Below, one piece after another: positions 24,264 through 35,666 of a DNA stretch of 64,000 nt (position 1 is its first letter; the number at the start of each line of letters is the position of its first letter). A model generated the notes under the pieces. The model searched no databases, was not told where the DNA came from, and saw only the letters and a program-made list of their open reading frames with translations. This DNA is from a virus, in the IMG/VR virus record IMGVR_UViG_3300044971_004534; one strand, 5' to 3'. The position numbers were made by a program, and so were the translations under genes.

Positions 24264-26861
24264 ATGGCTAATTTTGCTGAATTAGGTAAGCTCTTAGAAA
24301 CTAATGCTGTTCAAGCATTAAAATTAGTTTCTAATATATCTGGCGTTGACACCAGCATTACTGGGCTTATGAACAAAATTCAAGGCATTAATCAGCAACT
24401 GTATGGTTTATCTGTTGCTAATACTGTAGTCGGTAAAGATTTTGAGCAATTAAAAACTCAAGTAACAGGAGTTATGAGGCAGTTTAATTTTACTGCTGAT
24501 TCTGTTATTTCAATGCAGAAAACCTTAATGACGGGCTTTCGTGAGCCAATTAGTGATATTGAAGGTTTTCAAAATATTTTAGCTAGATCTCGTCAGGTAT
24601 TTGGCAACAATGAGGCTGCGGCTAAGGCTTTTATTGAGCAGCTTGCGCATCTTGATAAAAATGCTGTAGGATTAAGAAATAATTTTCTTGAGCTTGTCCA
24701 GGTCCTTGGTAAAACAGAGGGTTTAAAAACAGGCACTCAAGCAGAAATAGAAAGAGGAGCTGCATTAAAAGAATTAACTAAGTCACAAATTGAAGGCAGA
24801 TATTTGCTTGGCGAAATTGATAGAGAGCAGTATTTAAACTATATCAAAATAATGGAGGGTAAAAATCAAGAAGAAGAAAAGCTTCTTCGAATGACTGAAA
24901 AAGTTCAGCAAAGTAGGCAGGCTACTTCTGCAATGGAAGCTGTATTTGTTAGTAAGGGAGACTCTGAAGCGCTTGCAGAGATGCTTGGAACCTTAAACAA
25001 TTTCGGCTCTGCAGTTGCTGCATCTGGCATTGATGCTCTTACTGGACAATTGCAAAAATTACAAGAGACTCGTACAAATATGGGCGCCAGTGAAATGGGG
25101 AAGCAGTCTCAAGAAATAGTTAAATCTATAGTAGAGCAGGCAAAAGATGAAGCTCAGATTAGAGAAAAGCTTACGGAAGCAGGTATTAAAGATTCTGAAA
25201 TATCAAAAATACTTAAAGACAATTATGAATTAATTGCTAAGAAAAAAGAAGACGAAGAGCGTACTGCGCAACAGATTCAGGCTATTCAGAATAAAACTTT
25301 AACTACTGAACAATACAGGGCAATTATTACTGATCAGCTTGCGCAAAGAACAGAAACACTTAAGCGAAATTATTTTATAATGAAGGACACTATTCTTGCA
25401 TCTGTTGATGCAATGAAAACTTTTTCAGAAATATCTGCATATTCTGGCGCTAAAATAGACATGTCTGCAATGGGTTTGTCTCCAGACAAAATGATTGATA
25501 ATGCACAAAAAGCTTACGATATGGCAATGGAAAGAGTCGCAGCTATAAGGCAAAAGGTTTCGGCACAACAATCTGCTCAAGCAGCTTTAGATCCTAAAGA
25601 TGTAGAGAAAAACGTCAAAGAAGCGGAAAAAATTATTACTATGAGCCAAAGTATTGTAGATGGCTTTAGAAAAGATGGAAATCAAAAAGCAGCAGATGAT
25701 GAGCAAAAGAGATTAGATGGAATGAAGCAGCAACTAGATACATATAGGACATCTCAAAAGATAGAAGATTTAAAGTTTTTAACAAGCACAGCTGAAAGTA
25801 AAAATGAAGCAAATCGTCAAGAGGCAGAGGCAAATAAGATTCACACTGACTCCACAAAATTACTTGCTCAAACTCTGTCAGATGCCGCCAATAATGCAAC
25901 TATTTACCATAAAATAAATTTAGAAAAATTACAAGCTGAATCTGCAGTCATGCAGAGTCAAATAGCTCTGATGGACAGCTTTGCTGTTGGTATTGGTGCT
26001 AGCGCCGCAGCTCGTGAAAAGGCTGCCAGAAATCTAATAGAACAAGCTAAGCAAGAAGAAGAAATAGTAAAAAGACTGACTGAAGAAAGAAATAAAGCAT
26101 TAAAAGCCGCTGCAGAAGCAGATGATCCTGTCAAGAAAGCTACTCTTGAGTCTGAGGCTGCAAAGCGTGCTATTGAAATAAATAAGCATCTTGCTGACAG
26201 AAACAATTTAAATAAGCAAGCTCTTGATCAGTTACAGAAACTTAGAGAAGGTTATTTGGATGCCATAACTTCTATGGAATCTGGTGCGGGTATGTTTACT
26301 GAAATTGTTGTTGATCAAAATAAAAATCTTGGTGCATTGATTAGAACTACCGAAGAAGTACCTCGTGTTTTAAGAACTGGCGCTGGTAGCGGCGGTATTA
26401 CTCAAGCCAGTCAATTTGGACCTGGAGGTTTAGTCGGCGGATTTGGACCTAAGAGTGAGGAATATAGCAAGCATGTCATAACAAGTATGGATGACATTCA
26501 AAAACTTGTTCAAAATTTACCGGAGCAAATAGGGCAGAACTTGGCGCTTGCTGGTCGTGATCGTCCAGAACGGGCAGGTCAAATAGTGGAGGCAGCTACT
26601 CCTGGCCAAGCTGGTACTATTGTTGCTCCTGGTGGGAATCCTGCTGTTCCAGGTGTTAATGTGGAAGGTCCTCCATCTCCATCTTCTATGACTGCAAGCA
26701 ACCAGAGTGGCGCTGCAGCTACTGCTGTAGCTTCTAACATTGATATGTCTAATATGGTTAAAGAAATATCAACTACTATACAGCGTGGCGTCGTAGATGC
26801 TGTTAAAAAGGGAATGTCTGCAGCCGTAAGTGAACTAGCAAAGCAAACTGCGCCTGAATAA
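24264..26861 (+). CDS. Tail tape measure protein
   Basis: 865 aa, dominated by long helical/coiled-coil sequence rich in A/E/K/Q, with a Gly-rich C-terminal part (GAGSGGITQASQFGPGGLVGGFGP). It is in the canonical position after the frameshifting chaperone. At ~1.5 Angstrom per residue it would measure a tail of roughly 130 nm (rule-of-thumb inference). Confidence 0.8.
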   Translation: MANFAELGKLLETNAVQALKLVSNISGVDTSITGLMNKIQGINQQLYGLSVANTVVGKDFEQLKTQVTGVMRQFNFTADSVISMQKTLMTGFREPISDIEGFQNILARSRQVFGNNEAAAKAFIEQLAHLDKNAVGLRNNFLELVQVLGKTEGLKTGTQAEIERGAALKELTKSQIEGRYLLGEIDREQYLNYIKIMEGKNQEEEKLLRMTEKVQQSRQATSAMEAVFVSKGDSEALAEMLGTLNNFGSAVAASGIDALTGQLQKLQETRTNMGASEMGKQSQEIVKSIVEQAKDEAQIREKLTEAGIKDSEISKILKDNYELIAKKKEDEERTAQQIQAIQNKTLTTEQYRAIITDQLAQRTETLKRNYFIMKDTILASVDAMKTFSEISAYSGAKIDMSAMGLSPDKMIDNAQKAYDMAMERVAAIRQKVSAQQSAQAALDPKDVEKNVKEAEKIITMSQSIVDGFRKDGNQKAADDEQKRLDGMKQQLDTYRTSQKIEDLKFLTSTAESKNEANRQEAEANKIHTDSTKLLAQTLSDAANNATIYHKINLEKLQAESAVMQSQIALMDSFAVGIGASAAAREKAARNLIEQAKQEEEIVKRLTEERNKALKAAAEADDPVKKATLESEAAKRAIEINKHLADRNNLNKQALDQLQKLREGYLDAITSMESGAGMFTEIVVDQNKNLGALIRTTEEVPRVLRTGAGSGGITQASQFGPGGLVGGFGPKSEEYSKHVITSMDDIQKLVQNLPEQIGQNLALAGRDRPERAGQIVEAATPGQAGTIVAPGGNPAVPGVNVEGPPSPSSMTASNQSGAAATAVASNIDMSNMVKEISTTIQRGVVDAVKKGMSAAVSELAKQTAPE

Positions 26862-26864
26862 AAT

Positions 26865-29800
26865 ATGGGTGATACCTATTCTAGTATTCTTAATCCAGAT
26901 TTAAGGCGAAGATTACGAGGCTTTTCAGCTTATTATCTTGGCGACTTGGTTCCACTGGGTTTTATTAAACCGTTTGAGGTTTTAAACTTAAGCGCTTCTC
27001 AAGAGCCATTGCCAAATTCTTATGAATTAAGCATTGATGGCTCTAATGTTCCTAATTCAGATCCGGTGACTCCAAAATATTTATTTAAATTTACTTCAAG
27101 TGAAGATGACTTAAAAGATCAAGATGGTCAGCCGTTGCAGCCTGATGAAAATGGAAAAATAGAAAAAGTATATGCAGTATATTTAGAATATGTGTGGCTT
27201 AGCAATACACGAGTTACGGATTCTCAGGGTCAGTATTCTATCGGAGGTTTTGGCATCCCGAGTAGTGGGCGTGTTATCTCAAAAAGAATACATGTAGTTA
27301 ATGATAAAAAATTTATTCCAGGCAATCAGGCAGTGTCTGGTGACGACTTGTATGTCATACCATCTGTTGAAGGGACAGGGATTGCTGGTGCAACGGCAAA
27401 AAAAGCTGTTAGCATTGAAGTTATCCCAGTATTTTTGGCTGATAAGGATAAGTATGCCGGTAAAATTTTGGGTCCATTTTTTGAGGAACCCAGATTTGGC
27501 GCAGCTAAAGTATCACTTTTGCCATCTAGAGCTTTGAGTTTGTGGCTTGGATTTGGTGGCGGTATAGACCTGCAAAGAGCGTTTGATCCAGGTGCGGCAG
27601 TTGAGGGATTTGCTGGTTTGGTTTTTGGTGCTGGATTGCTTGACCTACTTGCTGGCGCGACTGCTATCACATTGAGGATTACCTCTCCAGCTGTGTACAG
27701 GCCCTATACCATAAAAAACGGATATTCAATAGTTAATTCTTCCCAAACAATCTTTGATCAAGAAGTCACAATAACTTTTAATGATTTATTTGAAAGACAA
27801 GATGGTCAAGATGCTGGTTACAAAAAGAAGTTTATTGAGGGTGACAATTATGTACTAGTCAATAAGTCTTTAGGCGATAGTTTTGATTTTATATCTAATG
27901 TATTTGGTGTGTTTTTAAAGCCATTTGAATTTGAAGACTTGGAAAAAAGATATATAGGCAAAGGTCTCACTGATTCTACTGATCCTCGAGATGGAGTTTC
28001 GCAAACCAAATTTTTGTCTAAAGAGCCATGTGGTTTTGCTATCGTTAAAGATAAGATAATAACAAACATGTTTATGCGTCAGGTAAAAAAATTTAGAGGC
28101 CCAACAACCTCTATTCCAGAAGAGCAAATTCCTGGAGGTTCCGCACAAATTCAAATTTTTATACCAAAATCAAAAATATCACTAAATACAAGTTCTTTTC
28201 AACCACTTAAACTGTATGTAACTTATGAAATTGTAAAAGGTCCACAAATTAGACAGACAAATTCTTACAAACTTTTTGCAACTGCTGCTTCTGGTGTAGC
28301 TAATGTGGATGCTAAATCTTTTTATCAAAATCATGCTTTTGTTTATGATAAATTTTATGTAAGACCTGATGTCAAATACAATTTTGCAGAATCAGCAAAT
28401 AGATTTCCAATTATTGTCAATAACTTTGATTTTAGTGCCATAGCAAATTTGCGTGGCGTACCTGCTTTGTACGATTTTTCTGTCCCGCCAGAAGAATTTA
28501 AAGTTAGTCAAAATGTATTTAATGGATCAGACCCTGATGGAGATATTCCAAAAGTTACTGTCGGCACATATAGATTGGCAGCTAGAAGCGTTCAGGAAAG
28601 AAGTGACAATTTCATGCTTGCAGAAGGCATATTTGTTGCCGCCAATAACCTTGTACAAGATGGCACAAATTTGGGTGGAGGTATTGGCTATATAGATGGT
28701 GTAGGAAATTTTACTTTATTAATAAGTAAAAATGATATAGCTGACAAAGAATGGTGGCGCGACAATTTTGAAGCTCCTAACAATACTATTTTTGTTAATA
28801 GTTATCTAGATGATGGACCATCTATAATAGCAGTAAAATATGACAGGTCGTTGATTTCAAATAGTATGTTTACGGATGATGAAAAAATAGGATATGATTC
28901 TGTATTGGCAGATGCTTTAATGACTATCGAAAAGAAAAGTGATGGAGGATTTGGTGTAGGGATTTGTTTACTTGATTTTTTAAATGTTCAAAACTTTAAT
29001 CTTAAAAATGAAGTTTCTAGTTTTAAAAAATATGCATCTGAAATACAATCTGAAGAAGATAGCCAGTTATACTATGACTTATCTGAGGCTATATTCAGTG
29101 GTGTTGTTAATCCGAATTGGACTTTAAATATAATACAAATTTTACCACCCAGTTTGAGTTCAACTGGTCAAGAGACTGGTCGAGCCACAATAGTGGGAGA
29201 AAATTTTTGTTTTGATGTTTCTCCAATAGACATTAGTAGAAATGGCAGAGTGTTCTGGGAAGGAATGAGTGGCGTAAATGCCGCTTTGGGTGTTCAGCCA
29301 TATGAGCAGTTATGGATCAGGAGTAACGCTTATGATGTTAAGCTTGGCTTTGCTGCAGACTTAAAAAAATATATAGGATTATACGCGCAGTCTTATAACG
29401 GTAAGGTTAGAATATTTTCTGCCGATATGCCATCATTTGTTTTTAATAACTCTAATCCTGCTTTAGGTTTTGAGAATAACCAGGAAGTAATTGATGCTAA
29501 CAAGTCAGTTACTTCTTATAAATATCAAGACAGAAAATGGTTTGGTCTGCCTGTTGACAAAATGCCATTTCATCAATATGGTGGAGAGCTTGTGTCTAGT
29601 GAAGACTCTGGTTTTTATCAAGAGAACAAAGATGGTATTATTAATTATAAAGAATTGATATGGTCTTCTGGTGAAAGTATTGGGATTAAATATGAAACCC
29701 CAGCTGAAAATGGAGGGCAATTTGCATCTTTAACTTTTGATTCTGTTTACAGAGTAAGCTATATATCTATTAGCTTTAAGCCATTTGGAGATTCTAAAAG

Positions 29801-31541
29801 TAAAATTTCAAATGATAATTATTATTACAATATTGGCTTTGACGAGCCTCAGGGTGAAAGTTTTATAAAAAAAGAAGCAATTTCTTATGCTTATATGATG
29901 GGTGTTGGTGGAAGTAAAAACAATGGTCTATTATCAGAAGTCAACATTTATAACTGCGAATGTCAAAAAATGTATTTTTCAGGTCCATTTTTTGAAAAAT
30001 TTAAAAATGTAAAACCATTTTACATTAAGGTAAGAGTGTTTGAGGTAGACAACTATGACAAGTTTGTCTTTACTGCAAATGATTGTTTTCCTGCAATTGA
30101 TGGATATTCTCAGGGATATGTTGGGTTTTTAAATCTTAAAAATGGATCACCATCACTAGACGCATATATGACTGGAGATCACAATAGAAGATGGAAGTTA
30201 ATTAGAAACATTTTTCAATCTTTTGTTAATGAAAATATTTTTCAATGTGTTTTAAAGTCTGATCCACGAGGAAGTAAACTGTATTTTATGTTTTCTTTGA
30301 ATGGAAATTTATTGTGTAAACCTATTGATAGTTGGATGCTTTCAAAAACTAAATACTATGATCAGGGTATTGTGAGTAGTAATATATTTAATATAAGCAT
30401 TAGTACAGACAAATCAGTTATTGCCTTATCTCCTGTAGTCTATCACATTATACAGGGTCTTGATCAGTATTCTGAAAATCCTCAAGAATTTGACAATATC
30501 GCTAGACTTCAATCTGCTTATGTTGTACAGGCTAGATATACAGATAATGAATTTTTGTTAAAAGAAAATATTAATACTACTATATGTCAAAATATAAAAT
30601 TTAAAGGCGAATCTGAAAAGGCAAATCAATCATCTAGCTCAACAAGTAATAATCGTTCAATAATACAGATTGGGGATTATACTGTTAATATACCATCTTC
30701 TTCTTTTGGTTTATCAAAACTTTTTTATCCAAGAATAAATGTTCCTGCAATACCGATTATTGATGAAAACAATATAGATGATGATTGGGCTGTGAATCAG
30801 CCATATACTTTTGAAGTTATAGGAAATGGATCATTAGTAGCATTTTTATTAAAAGACGGATTTGTTCATATGAAGTGGAGTCAAAATGGACAAAATTGGA
30901 GTAACATTTTTAACATGAGCAGACTGTTTGGTTTTAGGCCCATTAAATGGGGAGTAAATGATCAAGATAGTTTTATTGACACAGAAAAAAATGAATACTT
31001 TCCTGGCTCGGCAGTTTCTATAGACAATATTTCTAGCTGCTATGATTTCCAATCTGGTAAGCTTACACTATTTTACATGATAGGCAACGCTATATTCGGT
31101 CAAAATTTTGATCTCTCTTCTTTTCAGGGGCTCAATAGCAGTAATAGTGTAGTCAAATATATGCAAACAAAAAATAATCCTAAGCATTCGCCCTACCATC
31201 CTTATTATGTAGTTGGAGAAATGCCATCAGGGATGGTAGAGGCCATAAGAGCAGGTAATAGTTTTGTTAATTTTGGCTTGATATCAGACGTAAATAGTCA
31301 AAGAATATCAGGTTTATCTCAGCTTGAAAAAAATATTGGAAGCAATGAGTCTATTATAAATTCATATTCTAATCTTAAAACCAACGGTAAGGCACCTGGT
31401 GCTTGTTACGTAGGTAATGACGTAATAAGGTTATATTATGAAGATGATAGTAATATTATAAGAGGCGTTACAATCACAAATAGTATTGTAAAGCCCGATC
31501 TTTTAACGATAAGTGATTCTGTTTTTTCGGAGCTTAATTAA
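26865..31541 (+). CDS. Giant distal tail / baseplate structural protein (1558 aa)
   Basis: Uninterrupted ORF starting 4 nt after the tape measure stop, where distal tail proteins are normally encoded. No specific domain recognised. Confidence 0.5.
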   Translation: MGDTYSSILNPDLRRRLRGFSAYYLGDLVPLGFIKPFEVLNLSASQEPLPNSYELSIDGSNVPNSDPVTPKYLFKFTSSEDDLKDQDGQPLQPDENGKIEKVYAVYLEYVWLSNTRVTDSQGQYSIGGFGIPSSGRVISKRIHVVNDKKFIPGNQAVSGDDLYVIPSVEGTGIAGATAKKAVSIEVIPVFLADKDKYAGKILGPFFEEPRFGAAKVSLLPSRALSLWLGFGGGIDLQRAFDPGAAVEGFAGLVFGAGLLDLLAGATAITLRITSPAVYRPYTIKNGYSIVNSSQTIFDQEVTITFNDLFERQDGQDAGYKKKFIEGDNYVLVNKSLGDSFDFISNVFGVFLKPFEFEDLEKRYIGKGLTDSTDPRDGVSQTKFLSKEPCGFAIVKDKIITNMFMRQVKKFRGPTTSIPEEQIPGGSAQIQIFIPKSKISLNTSSFQPLKLYVTYEIVKGPQIRQTNSYKLFATAASGVANVDAKSFYQNHAFVYDKFYVRPDVKYNFAESANRFPIIVNNFDFSAIANLRGVPALYDFSVPPEEFKVSQNVFNGSDPDGDIPKVTVGTYRLAARSVQERSDNFMLAEGIFVAANNLVQDGTNLGGGIGYIDGVGNFTLLISKNDIADKEWWRDNFEAPNNTIFVNSYLDDGPSIIAVKYDRSLISNSMFTDDEKIGYDSVLADALMTIEKKSDGGFGVGICLLDFLNVQNFNLKNEVSSFKKYASEIQSEEDSQLYYDLSEAIFSGVVNPNWTLNIIQILPPSLSSTGQETGRATIVGENFCFDVSPIDISRNGRVFWEGMSGVNAALGVQPYEQLWIRSNAYDVKLGFAADLKKYIGLYAQSYNGKVRIFSADMPSFVFNNSNPALGFENNQEVIDANKSVTSYKYQDRKWFGLPVDKMPFHQYGGELVSSEDSGFYQENKDGIINYKELIWSSGESIGIKYETPAENGGQFASLTFDSVYRVSYISISFKPFGDSKSKISNDNYYYNIGFDEPQGESFIKKEAISYAYMMGVGGSKNNGLLSEVNIYNCECQKMYFSGPFFEKFKNVKPFYIKVRVFEVDNYDKFVFTANDCFPAIDGYSQGYVGFLNLKNGSPSLDAYMTGDHNRRWKLIRNIFQSFVNENIFQCVLKSDPRGSKLYFMFSLNGNLLCKPIDSWMLSKTKYYDQGIVSSNIFNISISTDKSVIALSPVVYHIIQGLDQYSENPQEFDNIARLQSAYVVQARYTDNEFLLKENINTTICQNIKFKGESEKANQSSSSTSNNRSIIQIGDYTVNIPSSSFGLSKLFYPRINVPAIPIIDENNIDDDWAVNQPYTFEVIGNGSLVAFLLKDGFVHMKWSQNGQNWSNIFNMSRLFGFRPIKWGVNDQDSFIDTEKNEYFPGSAVSIDNISSCYDFQSGKLTLFYMIGNAIFGQNFDLSSFQGLNSSNSVVKYMQTKNNPKHSPYHPYYVVGEMPSGMVEAIRAGNSFVNFGLISDVNSQRISGLSQLEKNIGSNESIINSYSNLKTNGKAPGACYVGNDVIRLYYEDDSNIIRGVTITNSIVKPDLLTISDSVFSELN

Positions 31542-34500
31542 TGGTTGATGCTACTAACGGATGGGACAGTTCTGGCTACGTTGTCCCGCATAGCGCTGGT
31601 GTTGTGCGGATGGAAGTTACTATATTTCCAAATACAGTTCCTATTAGAAGTAGAATAAGACAGCATTATGCATATCAGTTTAACTCTTCTACTTTGGGTC
31701 AGGTTCAAACTAATGATATGAAAATTTTGGAAACAGTTGATGATGGAAATGCGTCAATAGGCATAACTTTCAAAAAGAATACAAATTATTTTCATACTGT
31801 ATGTGGTTTTTTGTTTACTGGTGAGGTTGCTGGAGTCAGCTCAGATGCAATTGAGTCTGCAAGTGGTAACGTTACAAAAGATCCATCTTATAACCCTAGA
31901 CTATCTAATGGCCGTTGGTTTTCAGACGATGGCGCTGATAGCTGTTATCCTACTGCTGCTGATTTGGTGAAAATGGAGCACCAAATATTTATTTTATCAG
32001 GATCTTTGTTTAGTGCAGAGTATAGCACTTTGCAAGATGTGTTTAAAAAGAACAGTAATCTTACTATAAATAATATAGGTTTATTTTTGGCTTCTGCTCA
32101 AGGCAAATTTTTTGCTTCTTTAGTTCCTCAAGCAAGAACTTGGATGAAATCAGAATCTATTACTACCACTATAAAAAGACTTAAAAATAAAAATCCTAAT
32201 GACTATTGGATGTCTATAGCAGATTCTGAGATGATTAATGGAGATCCGAATGGAGCAGATTTTCATGATTATTCTCAAGCAAGTAACTTCTCTAACGACG
32301 AAGGTTTGTCCAATATGAATTCTTCATCTATTCTTGATGCTCTTGAATTTGAAGAAGTAGATCAGGTTACTCAGCAGTTGCTGGGATATGTGGGAATTGA
32401 GCAAGTTATTAGTTCTAATATTGTTGAGGAGATGGCCAAGGCAGATATAGATTTTGCACAATCTCCCACAAGAGGTTTGAAGTTAAATAAAAACAATGCT
32501 TCTTTAGACACAGAAAGAGTTCCTGCGTATGTTGGTCTTCCCCCTGGTGTTCATGCAAGTTTTTATAAAGCAAATCCTATATTCCCTGGTGAAGATTTTA
32601 CTTTTAGATTTCATAAAACTGCACAAAGTCATTCTAAAGCTATTGTTGAAGATCCGCAAGAAGAATTTAGATATGCTATGCAAAATAGTTATAAATATAT
32701 AGATTCTGGGTGTACTTCTGCTGACAATGAAGACAACGGAACTTTAACTCCTAATTTTGGTGTTTGTCGCCCAACTTTTATCCAACAAAAAAATGGTAAA
32801 TTTAACGTTAACAGAATAGTTAGTAAAAATGCTAAAGATTATTACTTAGCAGACCAAAGTTATGTGGTTTTAGAAATAGATGGTGGTATAGAAAATAGAT
32901 ATTTTTTAATCATACCTGAGCGTAGTTCTGTTGTCATGTTGGAGGTAACTGCTGACGCAGAAATATGTGATGTTGTTGATAATGACGGTAATTTGGCTAA
33001 ATTTTTAGATTTTACAGGCATGCGTCATTCAAGATTGTTATTTGATTTTGGCATTAGCGGCTCAAGCTTGTTAAATCAAGAAAATTTTTCAATACATTTT
33101 CAGCATTTCCGTGGTTTATTAAAAGTAACTTTTGAATCTGGAACAACTCAGTCATTCACTGTTTCTAGACAGCGTTTTACTAAAGATGTTTATGGCTTAC
33201 GTGACAACATATTTCTTGTTAATGTTCTTGACGATAAAAATCCATTTAAAAACAATGGTACATTTTTAGATCATCCAGCATTAAAAGATAAATTAAATAG
33301 TGAAAAATTTCCTATTAAGCTATCTGGAAATGTTATTGTTCACATGGGTCACGTAAGAATGGCTTTTAATTTTTCACCAATTACATACCCAAACACAACG
33401 AGCTTAAATATATCATATCCTGTTGGTATTACTAACTTGGAGGGCAATGATGGCGCTGTCAATATATTACTTCGCTCAGCTGGAGGGTATGAGGAGGGCA
33501 GCTCTAGGAATGTTTCTTCAAACCTTATTGACAAGTATCTAATTAGAAATGAAAACGGCAAGGTAGTGCCTGGACAATCAAAGCCTCACTACACTCACTG
33601 TAGTAGTAGAATATCTGAAATTATTGGCGGATCTTTAGTTAACGTGGATTCTAGTCTTTTTTCTGCCAACCAAAAAATGTGCATTACTGGACCTCATCTG
33701 TATGGTGACAAAAATTGGCCGCCCTATTTAGGTCAATACGCTGATCCAAGCTCTATTGTTACATCTTATAGAATAACTGATAGAAAAGAATTTGTAAATA
33801 GAATACACCCTTCAGTAACCTTAAAATCTGGATCGATTACTCTTAAAGGCAGTAATGGTTCTTTATGGCTTTTGGAGGGAGCTACGCGTCCAATATGCGA
33901 TGGATTTAGCGTATTTGTTCCCGAGGGATCAAAGCCTCAATGGAAAGGTGTTGCTGCTGATGTTACCGTTAATGTGATGGAGTACAGCGATTCTTGGGAC
34001 AGATCGGATAGATCATTTATGCAGCATAGTGGTAACATAAAATTTTATTTAAATAAAGCTGATGCTCTTCCACTGATAGAAAACATAACTTCTGTTCAGA
34101 CAGACAAAGGCTCTTTGGTTGATGGGGTCAGGAAAGCAGAAAGAATAGATGTTGATGGCATGGCTCGCTATGGTGAATATCAGGGTGACCAAACTCCATT
34201 GCTTGCAAGTTTGCAAGATAAATATTTTTATATTGAAGTAAGAGCATGGAGAGATCCTTATAAAGTTAACACTTTTGGTGCTGGTTTAAACGCACAAAAT
34301 GTTAATAATGGACCTGCAAATATAACGGAAGCTTTTTATGCCACTCATGAAAATGAAGTTCCAGATGAAGAGAACACTTTATTATTTACTGGTTTTTGCA
34401 GGAGCAGCTCTTATGCAATTAAGGACACTCATATTGAGATGAGCTGTAAGCTTGAAGATTACTATAGTATTTTAAATAGTATGACATGGTTAAATGCTCC

Positions 34501-35449
34501 TTTTTATGACGCCATGCGCGACTATGATGCGGTATTTGATGTAATGCAAAGAGCTGGATTTTTTTATGAACGTAGCAGTAGAGATCCGGCACATCTCATA
34601 TATAAGTATGTAACTACTCCATCTGATAGTGATTATCACGAAGTTCCATATGATGGAGAAAACTATATTGCCAATGATTATGTTTTACCTGGAAGTTATG
34701 GCACTATGGATCAGCCAATTTATAAACCTAATACCGGTGATTCCTATGCTGATATTTTAAAGAAATTTGCTACTATATCTGGTAAGACAATCTATTTTGA
34801 TCGTCGTGGGGTAATGCATTTTGATATACCTACAGATGAAATGGAAATTATGCAGGTCACTAGCACTGACCCTTCTAGGGAAATATATAGAGCTCCACCA
34901 TCTCATATATTTTCTCACACATATAACAGTCCAGATAGAGATTTAGTTCCATGGTGGAATGTCATTACTGATACATACAATTTTACTAGAAAGGTTGAAG
35001 ACATCGTTAATGAGATAAGAGTGGTATCTTCAACCCCAAACGGCAGTCTTGTTTCTGCAGCGCATATGAATAGGGCGTCTCTTGCTGATATTGGACTGCC
35101 TGGATTCATTGGTTTTAGGAAAATGTTTATACAAAAAAGTGGATATTTTGGATCTGGAGAGGCGGTCAGAAAGCAAGTGGAAAGGTATACCACCATGTTT
35201 AATGCTCCTGTAACTGCTAATTTTTCCATTTTAGGAAGAGTGGGACTGCAATCTGGCCAAATTATTTTAATAGATGGTCCAGGATTGTCAGGTGCTTACA
35301 GGCTTTTATTAACAAATGTTAGTAATACAATATCACCTAGAGATAATTCTTGGGTAGCTAGTGTTTCTGGTAGATATTTCTTGCCAGGAGAAAAAATTAA
35401 ATTTACTGGTACTACGCTGACCTTGGGAACAGGCACTGGAGGAGGCTAA
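31541..35449 (+). CDS. Giant tail hub / baseplate protein candidate (1302 aa)
   Basis: It is TAATG-coupled to the upstream gene and is the second gene after the tape measure (Tal/hub position). The C-terminal third (...YADILKKFATISGKTIYFDRRGVMHFDIP...VRKQVERY...) loosely resembles phage hub/late-control-D-like proteins. This is weak by-eye evidence. Confidence 0.35.
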   Translation: MVDATNGWDSSGYVVPHSAGVVRMEVTIFPNTVPIRSRIRQHYAYQFNSSTLGQVQTNDMKILETVDDGNASIGITFKKNTNYFHTVCGFLFTGEVAGVSSDAIESASGNVTKDPSYNPRLSNGRWFSDDGADSCYPTAADLVKMEHQIFILSGSLFSAEYSTLQDVFKKNSNLTINNIGLFLASAQGKFFASLVPQARTWMKSESITTTIKRLKNKNPNDYWMSIADSEMINGDPNGADFHDYSQASNFSNDEGLSNMNSSSILDALEFEEVDQVTQQLLGYVGIEQVISSNIVEEMAKADIDFAQSPTRGLKLNKNNASLDTERVPAYVGLPPGVHASFYKANPIFPGEDFTFRFHKTAQSHSKAIVEDPQEEFRYAMQNSYKYIDSGCTSADNEDNGTLTPNFGVCRPTFIQQKNGKFNVNRIVSKNAKDYYLADQSYVVLEIDGGIENRYFLIIPERSSVVMLEVTADAEICDVVDNDGNLAKFLDFTGMRHSRLLFDFGISGSSLLNQENFSIHFQHFRGLLKVTFESGTTQSFTVSRQRFTKDVYGLRDNIFLVNVLDDKNPFKNNGTFLDHPALKDKLNSEKFPIKLSGNVIVHMGHVRMAFNFSPITYPNTTSLNISYPVGITNLEGNDGAVNILLRSAGGYEEGSSRNVSSNLIDKYLIRNENGKVVPGQSKPHYTHCSSRISEIIGGSLVNVDSSLFSANQKMCITGPHLYGDKNWPPYLGQYADPSSIVTSYRITDRKEFVNRIHPSVTLKSGSITLKGSNGSLWLLEGATRPICDGFSVFVPEGSKPQWKGVAADVTVNVMEYSDSWDRSDRSFMQHSGNIKFYLNKADALPLIENITSVQTDKGSLVDGVRKAERIDVDGMARYGEYQGDQTPLLASLQDKYFYIEVRAWRDPYKVNTFGAGLNAQNVNNGPANITEAFYATHENEVPDEENTLLFTGFCRSSSYAIKDTHIEMSCKLEDYYSILNSMTWLNAPFYDAMRDYDAVFDVMQRAGFFYERSSRDPAHLIYKYVTTPSDSDYHEVPYDGENYIANDYVLPGSYGTMDQPIYKPNTGDSYADILKKFATISGKTIYFDRRGVMHFDIPTDEMEIMQVTSTDPSREIYRAPPSHIFSHTYNSPDRDLVPWWNVITDTYNFTRKVEDIVNEIRVVSSTPNGSLVSAAHMNRASLADIGLPGFIGFRKMFIQKSGYFGSGEAVRKQVERYTTMFNAPVTANFSILGRVGLQSGQIILIDGPGLSGAYRLLLTNVSNTISPRDNSWVASVSGRYFLPGEKIKFTGTTLTLGTGTGGG

Positions 35450-35450
35450 A

Positions 35451-35666
35451 ATGGACAACATTCCTACACTTGGTAAACAATTAGCAGATAATATAAATTC
35501 ATTAATTGAGAAAAAGATAAATGAGAATTACACTAAGTTATATCATCAGCAAAATGTATTTGAAGGCGGCTTATATGGTGGAGCTAGAAGCTTGACAGAT
35601 GTCTCTACTAGTGAGGAAGAAGCTTATGGTCGCATTGGGATTAAAAGCGGAATTGTAGGAGCGTAA
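35451..35666 (+). CDS. Hypothetical small tail-module protein
   Basis: 71-aa ORF with GGAGGAGG upstream. Its stop overlaps the next start (TAATG). Confidence 0.55.
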   Translation: MDNIPTLGKQLADNINSLIEKKINENYTKLYHQQNVFEGGLYGGARSLTDVSTSEEEAYGRIGIKSGIVGA